A stretch of 64,000 nucleotides of DNA from the human T2T-CHM13v2.0 reference genome, Homo sapiens. Below are positions 15,615 to 29,248 of the stretch, one piece after another. The stretch lies in NCBI RefSeq assembly GCF_009914755.1, contig NC_060932.1; one strand, written 5' to 3'. Within the stretch, counting starts at the first letter, position 1. Every line of letters begins with the position of its first letter. The position numbers and the translations under genes are program-made. A model generated the notes under the pieces. That model was not told the DNA's origin and made no database searches. It saw only the letters and a list, made by a program, of their open reading frames with translations.

Positions 15615-16048
15615 CAGTTGACCCTGGAAACATGCGGGGCTTGGGGTGCCGGCTGATGCACCGTCAAAAACCTACATTTAACTTTGACTTCCCTAAAATT
15701 AGCTACTAGTAGTCTACTGTTGACTGGAAGCCTTACCAATAACACAAGCAGTCAATTAACACATATTTTGTATGTTATATGTATTATGTGCTGTATTCTT
15801 ACAATAAAGTCAGCTAGAGAAGATGGTTTTAAGAAAATCATAAGAAAGAGAAAACATATTTACCATTCATTAAGTAGAAGTACATCATCCTAAAGGTCTT
15901 TATCCTCATGCTCTTCATGTTGAGTAGGCTGAGTAGGAGGAGGAAGGGGAGGGGTGGTCTTGCTGTCTTAGGGGTGGCAGAAGCAGAAGAACATTCATAT
16001 GTTAGTGGACTCGTGCAGTTCAAACTCGTGTTTTTCAATGGCCAACTA
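15615..16048 (+). mobile_element. Tigger2a (TcMar-Tigger) DNA transposon
   Basis: TA|CAGTTGACCCT start. End gtgcagttcaaactcgtgtttttcaatggccaact. The internal sequence is colinear with Tigger2a. Confidence 0.9.
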
Positions 16049-16952
16049 GAACTTAATTGATCTTCAATAAAATATTGGATAAAGTAATTCATGTCAGAAA
16101 GTTTTTATATGTATCTTATTCACTGTGAATGGCCTTAAACAGTTTTATAGTTGAATGAGTCTGTTTATGTTGAGTGTGCATTACACTCAACTTATATTTA
16201 AACCTTGTGAATCCTCAGTTTTATTTATTTTGTATTTATATAAATTTTGCCTGCTGACTGCAATGATATTTTAGAACTACTATATTGTCCTAAATGTAGA
16301 CTCATCCTCTTTGTCCCATATTATAATTTAAGGCAAAACATCTATTATAATCAACTATTCATAAAAATTTAATACTAAAGAAAACTAAATAGCAACCCAA
16401 AATAATCTTTTTATCATTAAGAGCAACAATGGCAAATTATGCATGAACGCTAGCGGTGTAAGATCTTAAGTGCATCTGATGGCTTTGTGAAATATTGATA
16501 TCATAGAAGAGGCCTCCTTTATATTTGACAAGTCTTACTGGAAGATGCTGATATAAAAAACACTATCATATTTATGATGAAAGGGTTGATGTATTGATAG
16601 CAAGATATACATTTGTAAGTGGGGTCAAAAATACCTTAGTGCCTATATTAAACTTTAAGACAGAGTCTTTAGTGAAAAATAATTACTGGTAAAGTTAAAC
16701 TCTATGTAAATCTTTTCAAAATGTGCACATTTGAGGTACTATTTAAGTCCAGTTTAAACAAGCACAGTGAAAAGAAAAAAGAAACTCCTATTTAAAAATA
16801 GACTCCTGAGTCAGCAGTGAAGTGAAGTACCCTGTTTCTTCGAGCAACTCATTACCTTCCGTTCCATCAGCGCTAAATATCAATATGTCTGGGTGGGTTT
16901 AACTTACAATCTAAATTACTGGAAGAAAACTTATTGCGATGAAGCTATTGTA

Positions 16953-16975
16953 CAAAAAAAAAAAAAAAAAAAAAA
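16953..16975. repeat. poly(A) tract
   Basis: About 22 consecutive A. Confidence 0.9.
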
Positions 16976-17517
16976 GAGGGAGGAGGAAGAGTGTGAGTTA
17001 TGAATAGTTTTTCAAGGTCTTATTTCTCTTACCCATTTTTTTCTGTATCATATAAAAACCTTTAAACAATTACTCTCAAATCCTCACACATTTACATAAT
17101 CTACACTAATGACAAAAACTCTTTAGATAGAGATTCTTAACTGGGGAATTATAAATCTATATATGGCCTTCACAGAGTCTTTGAACACTGGAATTTTCTA
17201 TGCATTAACATTTGCAATTTTTTTTGGAAAAAACATCCATGAAATTACAAATAATTCTTAAGATGTCCCACAAAACAAAGTCAGAACAAATACTTCAGTA
17301 GGAGCTAGATTCAAATGAAATCATTTTATGGGGAGGTAGCTATGTTTTCGGGAGACAGTTCGTGAACCTCTGTGTTTCTGCATGCTTGCAAGCTGAGGAA
17401 CTCATTGTCTTTTTTTGGACTATCTTGTCAAGATTATTTGTATAGGAAAAGTAGCGACACTGCCTCCCTCCGGAATAAAGGGGAGATTTGCATAGAGCCT
17501 TAGAAAATACAGAAAGT

Positions 17518-17816
17518 GGCTGGGCGCGGTGGCTCGTGCCTGTAATCTCAGCACTTTGGGAGGCTGAGGCAGGCGGATCACCTAAGGTCAAGAGTTCCAG
17601 AACAGCCTGGCCAACATGGTAAAACCCCGTCTCTACTAAAAATACAAAAAAATTAGCTGGGCGTGGTGGCGCATGCCTGTAGTCTCAGCTACTTAGGAGG
17701 TTGAGGCACGAGAATTCCCTGAACCCAGGAGGCAGAGGTTGCACCGAGCCAGATCACGCCACTGCACTCCAGCTTGGATGACAGAGTGAGACTCCGTTTC
17801 AAAAACAAAACAAAAC
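17518..17816 (+). mobile_element. AluS
   Basis: Full forward Alu. TSD aaatacagaaagt (17505-17517) / aaatacataaagt (17817-17829). Confidence 0.97.
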
Positions 17817-18069
17817 AAATACATAAAGTGTTTCTCCTGGAAGCCAAGGGTTAATCTCCTTACTGTAATTATTGTAAAAGATTTGGGCTCTTTAAACTCA
17901 GGATTCCTCTCCCGTAATGAAGGTCACCAAGTGTGCAGGTGCTGCCCAGATCTCTTAGTGTCATCTTGCAGTGATTGGGACTCAGGCAACCAGGCAAGGA
18001 AACCCTGATGCTGTGGCCCTTGTACTGCTCTGATTCCGTCCTTTGTCTCAGGTCTTCAGTCTATTAAAC

Positions 18070-18201
18070 TTTTGTAGTTTTAGTAGAGACAGGGTTTTAC
18101 CATGTTGGCCAGGCTGGTCTGGAACTCCTGACCTCAGGTGATCCGCCTGCCTCAGCCTCCCAAATTGCTGGGATTACAAGCACAAACCACTATGCCCAGC
18201 C
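18070..18201 (-). mobile_element. AluS left arm only
   Basis: tttgtagttttagtagagacaggg...cctgacctcaggtgatccgcc...atgcccagcc. The right arm is absent. Confidence 0.93.
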
Positions 18202-20202
18202 TCTTTCAGTATTTTCTAAGAAACGATAGCTGTCTAACAGTAAAATACCATACCCTCACGATTTTGGTGTCAACAAATTTGGGGTGTAACCATGCGATGC
18301 TGACAAAGAAATGCTTTTCCAGAAGAGGAAGGACAAAGGAGGAGGCAGTCGTCATGAACCGATAAACCGGATTGGAAGGAAGTCCACACTCTTAAGTAGT
18401 AACTGTGTTGACCAAAATGCACAGTCCACTGGGCACTAAACGGTTCCAACACATTGTCGTGAATGAGTAGGAATTGGGGATGTGGTTGCTAGCTGAGTGC
18501 CATACAGTCGGCCCTGCATTTTAACAGTGCCCTAGTTGTGGCTAGCTTTTTCTCAGAATGCAGATACTTCCCTGCCAATCTGAATGTCAGCCTCAGCTTT
18601 GCCTCATCATAAAAACCAACCATGAGATTCTTCCTGGGTGGGCAGAATTACCCACTCCTTTTCAGACAAGTTGCTGAGGTGAATACTAACACCAAAGATG
18701 AAAGGAGGGAAATTTGCAACCACGACAGACAGAAATCAGGTGTCCTGTGAGGACATTGACTGGTTTGTTTGGGAGATGACGCTGTGGTGCATATAATGTT
18801 TCTTTAAATAAGAAGCACAACAATTAAGCCATATTATGGCTCAATCTCTTCTTTAATCTCCCATGCGTAACTTAGGTCCACTCCCAGACAATAGTCCAAG
18901 GTGCTAGAGATGTCTTCAGAGGGTACTGTCTTCTTTAAGGGAGTGTTGGCTCCTTTGGGAAGATTTCCTTGGAAGAGTTTGACTAGCATTAAGGCTCTTA
19001 CTCCCTTGGCTGGCTGGGTTAAAGTGCAGATGGGGATAACTCAGAAAAGGATAAGAATCTAAATGAAAAAAATTTTTGATAAATTATTTCCGACATCCCT
19101 GCATGGGAACACTTTGGTAGCCCATTTGCTGAAGCCAAGGTAGAACTTAAGAGGTGTTATCATGGTAATGAGGCTTTGGGTAATCGTGTTACAAAAGATG
19201 CCACTGTGTGCATCCAGCGCAACTCACTCAAAAGGTGCAAACCCTGCAGCCCTAGCCAGAGAGCAATGTGGCAGGGACCACTGAGTCAAGAAGCCCCAAA
19301 AGCTGAAATAGATGGTGTCAATTACGGTTATTGTGCTACCCAATATAGGGTGAACCAAGAGCATAAAAAATTTGTTTGAATGATCTTCAAGCAGGAGTCA
19401 CACTGCTTGGAAACAAAAGTCCACACATCTGTCCTGTGTGCAGGTATAGAACCACCTGCTTCTTTCATGACCCTGATCCCTCCTTTCCTCACTTCTCGGA
19501 GCTCAACTGCTTTAAGGAAAAAGATGGTTAAGGGTGGGGCCAGGATCTCAAATTTCAGGAGACGGGCGCTCAGATATGTATGACTCTGTTGGAGACAGGA
19601 GCTTGAGTCACCTAGTCACAATCTACCTGATTACAAAGGGAAAGGGGATGCCAGGATTGACCTCGACTGGTTTGAGCAGGGCTTTCAACAGAGAAGGGAA
19701 GGGAAATTGGCCTTGACTTTGGGAGAGCGGTTAAATGTCAATGGTGTTTCTACCTCTAGGTATATGGCAGGAATTGAGATGTTATGTGCTTCTAGTTCCC
19801 TGTCCCATAAATTCCAGAAAAATTCTTCCAATGAGAGATTCTCTATATGGAGAGGGAAGTGCTGGTACCTTTGGGACCCTTCAATATGAATAATCCCTTT
19901 GAGCTATAAGTTTCTCTGACTAATGGTTTTGCCAAATGGATCATCTGGCAGAGGAAGGCAGCCTTCACTTAGAGACGGCCTCCAGGGTTTTGGACTTGTC
20001 ACCCCCAAAAGAGCTATAAGATACACTCTGCTGGAAAAGCAGCCATTTTCTTACTAAAGGTACTAATGGATTTTTGTGCAAACCAAACCCCAGACCCCGG
20101 GGGGTCTTCTGGCTGATATACCCATTTTGGGGCAGGTCAACTCAGACTCGAGGAAGAACCCAGTGGCCCCCACTTGTGAGATGGAAAATGGTATAACTAA
20201 GA

Positions 20203-20897
20203 TGTGACAGACTCTCTCCTTGGCAAAACTCTAGTCAGGCTGCTCTGAGCCCTCTTTATGATTTGGCTGCCACCTTGGCCTGAAAGAACGAAAGACTCTC
20301 AAGAGCAAATGATTTCCTCCACACCCACCTCCTACATAGAGACTTGAACAAACACTAGCAGAGTTTCTAGCAGCTTGAGGACTCACCCCTCGGATCGTGA
20401 CTCCAGCTTCCTGAAGCTCCTGCCTGAGAAAACTCAATTCATTCTGGCCAAAACCTGATGTTAGGCAGACAGACCTCTGAACCCCTTCTTAAAGCAATTA
20501 CTTTAAAAAGCTTGCATGTCTAAACCCTTTCTCTGCTCCTATGGGATGAAATTCTTCTACCCCCCAGAACTGTCTTCTCAGGGATCTGAGAGCCATGTCC
20601 GAAATGAAAATATTCAAGAAGGTGACTCTCAGCTCCCAGTTCCTGTTGGACCTGGGAGCCTAACTTTAATAAGTCCCATCAGCAAATCCAGATGGGATCA
20701 TATTAACCACCCCACTTTCCTGCACGACTGTTTCCCTCCCTCCTTCTTCATTTTCCTTTTAAAACTCCCAGCCACCTGTGCACAAATTGAAGTTGAGTTC
20801 AGTTCATGCTAGACCCTTTTCTCTATTGAAATAAGCAGTTATTACTGAATAAAATCTATCCTCACCGCTTTGCAGTGGTGACTTCGTCTATGATACA
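20203..20897 (+). mobile_element. ERV1 MER4-group solo LTR (MER31/MER67/MER90-like) nested in the provirus pol region
   Basis: Starts tgtgacagactctctccttggcaaaactctagtcaggctgctctgagccctc. AATAAA near 20848. Ends ...tgataca. Confidence 0.75.
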
Positions 20898-22749
20898 CAC
20901 CGCTGGACTGGCCTCGGCAGCACTTCAGCTATGCGCTTTGGGCAAACTTTACTTTTTTTGCCTCAGTCTGCTGCCTGAAACAAACCACACGCTCTGCTGG
21001 GTCCTTGGTGGACAGAGATTCATTCCTCTTAGTGGCTGAGCCTAGGTAACCAATGTTCACTGGGACTGAAAACGGGCTGTTCTGGTAGCTTGGCCTCACC
21101 TGTGCACAAATGGAACCAAAAATGGATGTGGTCACTCTGCTTGGTGCGCAGGGCTCAAGGCAGTGGTCAAGGCTCTGAACCCTGTTAACATTGTTGACCT
21201 TCATGGACCTTGCTATATGTGTACTGACATTTAGGCTGCTGCCACTGGTCTAGCTGTTTGCAGTGCTATTTAGGAAAGTATAGACCAGAAGATGAAAATT
21301 CTCTTCTTTGGGTCCATGCACTATAGAGACAAACTACAGTGATTGGACAATCTGGGTAACTCATATCAGTGCCTGATACAGGCTTATTCTCTGGGTCACT
21401 AAACGGACTCTAGCTGCAGATGGAGCCAGCACTGCCCAGACAGACCCCACTGACTCCTGGATCTGCCATGTACCAGGCAGGGGGTCATATTCTGCCTTGT
21501 GCAGAGAACACAGAATAATGGGCTATGTGTCTGATGGAGACATTGCTGCTGTGTGCAGAACGTGACTCCTGCCAGAGTGTGGCCCATGTGTGATTCAGAG
21601 GGGGGCTGAAATGTATGATTTGTTGGCCACAGCTGCTCCTGGCATCCTTGATCCTTCTTGGGGCTATAAATGGGTCTAACCACTACAGACATTTGGGCAA
21701 GATTTGGTGTTGCTACTTCAGTCTGATCAGCCAAATGCAGCCATATAAATCTTGCCCTGGTCACTAACCTGTGTCATGATTTTAGCTTTCTGAACTGTTC
21801 GCCATTTGACAGTTGTGCACCTTTAATCACAGAAGCCATGCCAGGGGCCGAGAGCCACAATACTTGATCACCATCCAGGTCCCCCCAATTCACAGGTGTT
21901 GGAGATTGTTAAGCATGGAACAGGACCCTCTAACATGGCAGAGTCACACAGACTTCTGACCCGGTCTCCCTTCCGTCCTCTTCGCTGACACACTTTAGGT
22001 TGGTTTGGTCTCTGAATGCAGCTATCCACAGAAAGAAATGAGCTGCTCTCAACCATTTCCTGGGTGATGATAAGGATGAAAGTGTTGGAAGATTTTATAG
22101 ATATTATGTGAAAATACAGGATTCCCCACTGACCATTTTCTAGGTGATGATAAGGGTGAAAGTTTTGAAAGGTTTCATAGATATTCTTTGAAGATACAGG
22201 ATTCCCCACTGAGCATTTCTGGGCAAGACACAGCTTCCTTTCCCTTAACAGCAACCTGGGCCAGCCTAGTTGGTCCATCTTCTGAAAGGCAGTCAAGCCA
22301 ATAATGGGGCCCAGGGGATTCTAAATGAATTTTCGTGTAGCCACTTGGATTCTCCTGTTGAATTGACATGGTCCTGGGTCTTAAGGATAATGACCATTTG
22401 TTTGAAAACATTGCTTGCCAAGCCATCCTACACTGACCTATGCGGGTCAAAGTGGAGATACACTAGGTGCCTATAAATTCAGTGACTATGCCCTCACTGT
22501 TCTCACACTAATCTTTCGAAGATATGCCTGGGTGAGAGTAGGGAGTGATTAGGAAAAGGCTCTGTTTTAGCTACTGGAAAGGGGCACTTTTTTATTTTTT
22601 TTAGTGGTGGAGTGGGATCAGCAACCTCAGCACCTTGGGAGAGGAACACCTCCTACCACAGGAGGTATTGGGGAGGAAGGGACATTAATAATCCTTTCTC
22701 TTTCAGCGTCACCCCTGTCATCTTTCTCAAGAAAGAAAATACCCTCTTT

Positions 22750-24320
<1,571 letters not shown>

Positions 24321-24353
24321 CCAAGACCAAGTGTAGAAATGAGTGGTGTTCAT

Positions 24354-24820
24354 TGTTGGAAGATAATTCTCAGTGGGTCTCTCACATTGCTGCTCATTTC
24401 GCAAGCAGAGGCCTTGACTGCCGCAACAGTAATCTCTTTTCAAGGATGTTTTGTTTAATGATTAGTCTTGGAGGATAGGAATAGCACCTCCCCCCAGAAC
24501 AAAGGGCAAGAAGGGCAGGTTTTGTTTTGTGGTGTTTTTTAACTGGACATTATGGAAGGGTCATGTTCTTAAAGTTCATGTCCTCTCCCATAACATAACT
24601 CACTGTATGTGCAGGTGTCACTGTTGCTTTGAGGGAACTAGGAATTGAGCAACGAGTTGCAAATAAAAACAATGCTGATATTCAGGCCACTGCTATGTTT
24701 CTGAGTAATACTGTTTTTATTTCTAACCCACAAACCTCATGTTTCTACTGACATCCATAAAACAGGCAGCCTGGAATTTTAGCTTGCAAGTAGGGTAACT
24801 TACCAGACCCTTCATAGGAC
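24354..24820 (+). mobile_element. 3' LTR of the provirus (MER76/MER77-like)
   Basis: tgttggaagataattctcagtgggtctctcacatt...ttttcaaggatgttt...catccataaaac...ttagcttgcaagtagggtaa...cagacccttca. Confidence 0.85.
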
Positions 24821-25229
24821 ATAGGACTGATCTCAGTTTACTGGAATTTTTTATTCTACTAATTCATTTCAATAATGTTTTATTTATTAGCTAACTAAGA
24901 ATATAAAGGGTAATGAATTAGGACTTGCAAGGACATGTAAAATATTATGGAAAACCAATTCTAATGTTTGGTAGCTTATGTGTTGCGTATACCTTTTATT
25001 AACTTATTTATTAAAAAACTTTGTCAACAATGTTCTAAAAGTTATAGGAATACATACAGCATACCCCGGTGAACATAGACAACATAATCATCACTTTAGT
25101 CATGGCATTAGAGCTAAACCGAGGAAAGACAAACATATAAGGTGCTCTGCATGTTTAACTGATTGAAACAGATTGATTTCAGTCTGGTTTTGGGATTGGG
25201 GAGCTGCCTCAACTACCACATATGTCTCC

Positions 25230-25742
25230 TTCAGATTCCATTGGCTTTATCTCCCCCATTTCTTGTTTTAATCATTGCTCTCTAAAGAGTTCATCCAATT
25301 GTACTCAAACGAAATATGGCTCTGCCTTTCCACATGTCCCCACCTCTCACCCTCGGGCTTCCCATTTGACTCTGGGACATGAAGGCCTTAATGCTCCGTG
25401 TGCAACCTGGCTGTAGGTGAGCTCCTGCCCTGTGGGTTAAACCTGTGACTACGGCTAGCAGAAAAGGGCACATGCATTTGTTTTCCTTTCTCCTTCAGCC
25501 AAACCCAGGCCATTGAATATCCCTAGACACTGTAGTTGTGTTTCTTCTTTGAAGATGATCAGACAAGACTGAACAATCAGTGTCACTGAGAGATAACAGG
25601 TGGTGGACATCCAAGATCAGTGCCTTCGTTTTGATTTATTCTTTTCCTTCCTTACTGCTGCTTTCCAGAAATTACACAGAAATAGTCATATCATAAATGT
25701 CTTTGGCTATGTCTGTGCCCTCTCGAGAACCTGGCCAAAAGA
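25230..25742 (+). mobile_element. Old ERVL-type LTR (LTR41/LTR33-like), tentative
   Basis: 3' end ttggctatgtctgtgccctctcgagaacctggccaaaaga resembles these LTR termini. Highly diverged. Confidence 0.45.
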
Positions 25743-26869
25743 AAACTAGATTATGAAAGGCAGCATTTAAGTTGAGCACAACAAAAGCTTGGGTGTACAG
25801 AGACGCAGCAAAGCCAGAGACAAAAGGTTATGCAAAGAGTGAAAGTAATTATAATAGGGAAAAATAATAAGGCACGTGCAAGTAATGGCAAGTTGAATTT
25901 GACGACAATGTGCATTGCATAAAAGTCAGCTAGGGTAATTCTACACTGTGAAAAGCTCTGACAATTTAGACTAAAGGGATGTGTGGTCCCACTTCAGAAC
26001 CTACATCAGACAGATAATTGTACGCAGGATGAATTTCACGTTAAGAAAACCAAGTCAAAATTCAAGCAAGTGAAATAATTGAAAAATGAAGACACATTGC
26101 TGGGACACGATTCTCAGCAAAAAGGACTGCACACTCTCAAAACCCAACACATTTTGTCTCACTTTAAAGTTTAGCCTGGTATGCTTCAAATAAGTAAGTG
26201 TCTTGAAGTGATTCTGATATAAAACCTCACTGCCCTCTCCCCAGCTTCTTTAATTGTCATCTATAAAGCTTACATTTACTTTGACCTGGTCTAGGAACAC
26301 ATGAGGCTGAATAGAATAGGAGGTGGTGTTTGCAGGAACTGCGGATGAGAACAGAGTTCCCCTTAGAGGAGGCATCAAGAAGAGGCCTGCAGAAACTTTA
26401 CCAGCTTTTGCTCTGTGACATAATAATGAAGAGGTGAAAGAAAGTAGAAATGACACATAGGAAGAAAAATCATGAACAGGAGATAAGAATGAGGCATTTA
26501 AGAGAAAATAAGGAAGACAGGGGATTCATTAAATGTACTTCCAAATTTAAACCCAAAGTAGCAACCTAGGAACATAAGGTATAGAAATGATTTTTTTTTT
26601 TAAAAAAGGCATGTGGTGGAATGGGAAAAACTCCAGGCCATAGGAAAGATATCCTCTGAAAATACATTTGTCACTCATAAGCAAATAAAAAAAAGAAATA
26701 TGTCTTTAAAAATAGCAAATTGTTTTAAAATAATATTCTGGCAAAGTTGGACCACAAGTATTCTCTTATACACATCTTTTGGAAAGTAACTTGCTAAAAT
26801 GAATTTGGAAACCTTAAAAATATTTAATACTTCACCCAGATTTATTAAAATCTTAGGACTGTACTCCTA

Positions 26870-27080
26870 CAGTTAGCATTTATTGAGTGCATGACAGTTT
26901 TACAAATGTTATACCTTTTCATTCTCTACCGTATTAAAATGCGGGAAATATTTTCATCTCCATTCTCTAGACAAAGAAATTCAGGTTTGGCGTTGTTTAG
27001 TAATTTGGTCAAGCTTAAATAATTTTTAGGTGATAGAATTACAATTGGCTTCAAAGTGCTCATTTTTAATTACTCATTAT
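26870..27080 (-). mobile_element. MIR SINE
   Basis: agcatttattgagtgc...tatttt.catctccattctctagacaaagaaattcagg. Confidence 0.7.
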
Positions 27081-27220
27081 ATAAAATTTATTCTAATTTA
27101 TTTTAAAGGAATATTGTTATGTCAATGTTATATGTCAGTATAACATTTATTATTGTAAATGTTTTTACAATAAAGATATTCTGAAAGAATATATAATAAT
27201 ATGAAATTATAAATAACTTA

Positions 27221-28159
27221 CAGTCACACTCCCTTATTCACAGGGAATACATTTAAAAACACCCAGTGAATGCCTGAAACCATCAATAGTACTGAAGCCA
27301 AATAGACCACGTTTGTTCCAGTACATACATGCCTGTGATGAAGTTTAATTTGCAAATTAGGCACAGTAAGAGACTAATAACAACCAATAATAAAATAGAG
27401 CAATTATAACAATGTATGAGAATATGGTTTGGCTCTGTGTCCCTACCCAACTGTCAAACCGTAATTCCCAATGTGGGCGGAGGGAACTGTTAAAACGTGA
27501 TTGGATCAGGGGGGCAGATTTCCCCCTGGCTGTTCTCATGATAGTGAGTGAGTTCTGTTGAGATCTGATGGTTTAAAAGTATGCGGCACTTCCGCCTTTG
27601 CTCTCTCTCTCTCTCCTGCTCCGCCATGTGAAGAAGGTGCTAGTTTCCCCTTCACCCTTCCACCATGTTTGTAAATTTCCTGAGGCCTCCTCAACCACGC
27701 TTCCTGTACAGCCTGCGGAACTGTGAGTCAATTACACCTCTTTTCTTCATAAATTACCCAGTCTCAGATAGTTCTTTATAGCAGTTTGAGTAAGGACTAA
27801 TACATATGGTACTAAAAATAATCTGAACGTGGTCTCTCTCCAAATGTCTCATTAATCTTGTACTATCGTACACACCCTTCTTCATGGGATCTGTCAATCT
27901 GATAAGTTAGATGGCAACTAAGTGACTAATGGGCAGGTAGAGTCCACAACATGGAGATGCTCAACAAAGGAGTGGCTCACAACCCAGCGGTGGCATGGGG
28001 CAGAACAGCACGAGACTGTATCATGCTACTCAGAACAACATGCAACATATACCTTAAGAACTGTGTATTTATGACATTTTCTATTTAATATTTTCTGACC
28101 GAAGTTGACTGTAGGCAACTAAAACCGCTGAAAGCAAAGCCTCAGATAAGGGGACGCTG
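27221..28159 (+). mobile_element. MER44B-like Tigger7 derivative split by a MaLR LTR
   Basis: TA|cagtc..cccttattcacaggg start and cagataaggggacgctg end (terminal inverted repeats). Internal aaattaggcacagtaagaga and ctaagtgactaatgggcaggtag. Confidence 0.88.
27419..27804 (+). mobile_element. THE1D/MSTA-type MaLR solo LTR
   Basis: atatggtttggctctgtgtccctaccca...ctgtgagtcaatta...ataaattacccagtctcag...ggactaataca. Confidence 0.92.
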
Positions 28160-28284
28160 TTCAACAGAAGACCACGTACATTTATTGTTCTTGGATTATC
28201 ACAATGTTTTTACAAATAACTTTGATGGCAAACCGACTAAATAATCAACTCTGCTTTAATGCTTGTTTTCTCTCATGTCTTTTT

Positions 28285-28930
28285 AGGGCTTGAAAGCTCA
28301 TTCCTTTTTAGCACTGAGTAAATGGATGAACCACAGTTTATCCATTCACCTCCTAAAGGACATCTTCATTGCTTCCACATTTTGGCAATTATGCATAAAG
28401 CTGCTCTAAACATCTGTGTGCAGGTTTTCATGTGGACATAAATTTTCAACTACTTTGGGTAGTCACCAGGAAACAGAATGCTGGATCATACGTTAAAGTT
28501 TGTTTAGTTTTCTAAGAAACTGCCAAACCATCTTCCGAAGCGGCTGCACCATTTTGCCTTCCCACCAGCAACGAATGAGAGTTTCTGTTGCTCCACATCC
28601 TCTCTGGGGTTTGGTATTGTCAATGTTCTGAATTTTGGCCATTCTAACATGTGTAGCGATATCTCGTTGTATTAACTAGAATTTATCTGATGATATATGA
28701 CGTAAAATCATATATCATGATGTAAATGGTTTTACATTATATATCATCAGATACATTTTCATAAGCTTTTCATCAGCTTATTTACCATCTGTATATCTTC
28801 TCTGGTTAGGTGTCTATTCAGGGCTTTGGTAAATTTTTTAATCTGATTTCTTTCTTACTATAATTGTGTTTTGAGAGTTCTTTGTGTGTTTTAGTAACAG
28901 TCCTTTATGAAATGCATCTTTGGCAAATAA
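28285..28930 (-). mobile_element. L1MB-type 3' region fragment
   Basis: ggatgaaccacagtttatccattcacc...gaaactgccaaaccatcttcc...cccaccagcaacgaatgagagtt is reverse L1MB 3' sequence. An Alu 5' remnant follows at ~28936-28964. Confidence 0.85.
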
Positions 28931-29137
28931 GTTTAGATTACAGGTCGAAGCCACTGCGCCTGGCCTTGGATATGTTTAAAAATGAAATTCCATATTTACT
29001 GTGGTATGTATATGTTTGATCACAACATGTACAAAATTCCACCACCATTTTACTTTTAATGAGATTACTATTGTTCTTAAATGTCACTGCCAAAGTTGTT
29101 GAATGTTGTCCTCCAACCCCAATTTTCCCTTAATCCG

Positions 29138-29248
29138 TGTGTGTGTGTATGTGTATGTGTGTATCTGTGTGTGTATGCTTATGTGTGTGTATCGGTATGT
29201 ATGTGTATATGTGTGTGTGTGTTTAAGTGTGTGTGTGTGTGTGTGTGT
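29138..29248. repeat. Interrupted (TG)n microsatellite
   Basis: About 110 bp of TG/TA repeats. Confidence 0.95.

Larger units (their letters stand above)
17343..18262 (+). mobile_element. 5' LTR of the provirus, containing two Alu insertions
   Basis: tgttttcgggagacagttc...ggactatcttgtcaag...aaactcaggattcctctcccgtaa...gtcctttgtctc...taaaataccataccctcac is homologous to 24354-24820. Confidence 0.8.

Noticed and set aside
21399-22450. 121-, 142- and 91-aa minus-strand ORFs
   Set aside because: Antisense to the decayed integrase region, so chance open frames.
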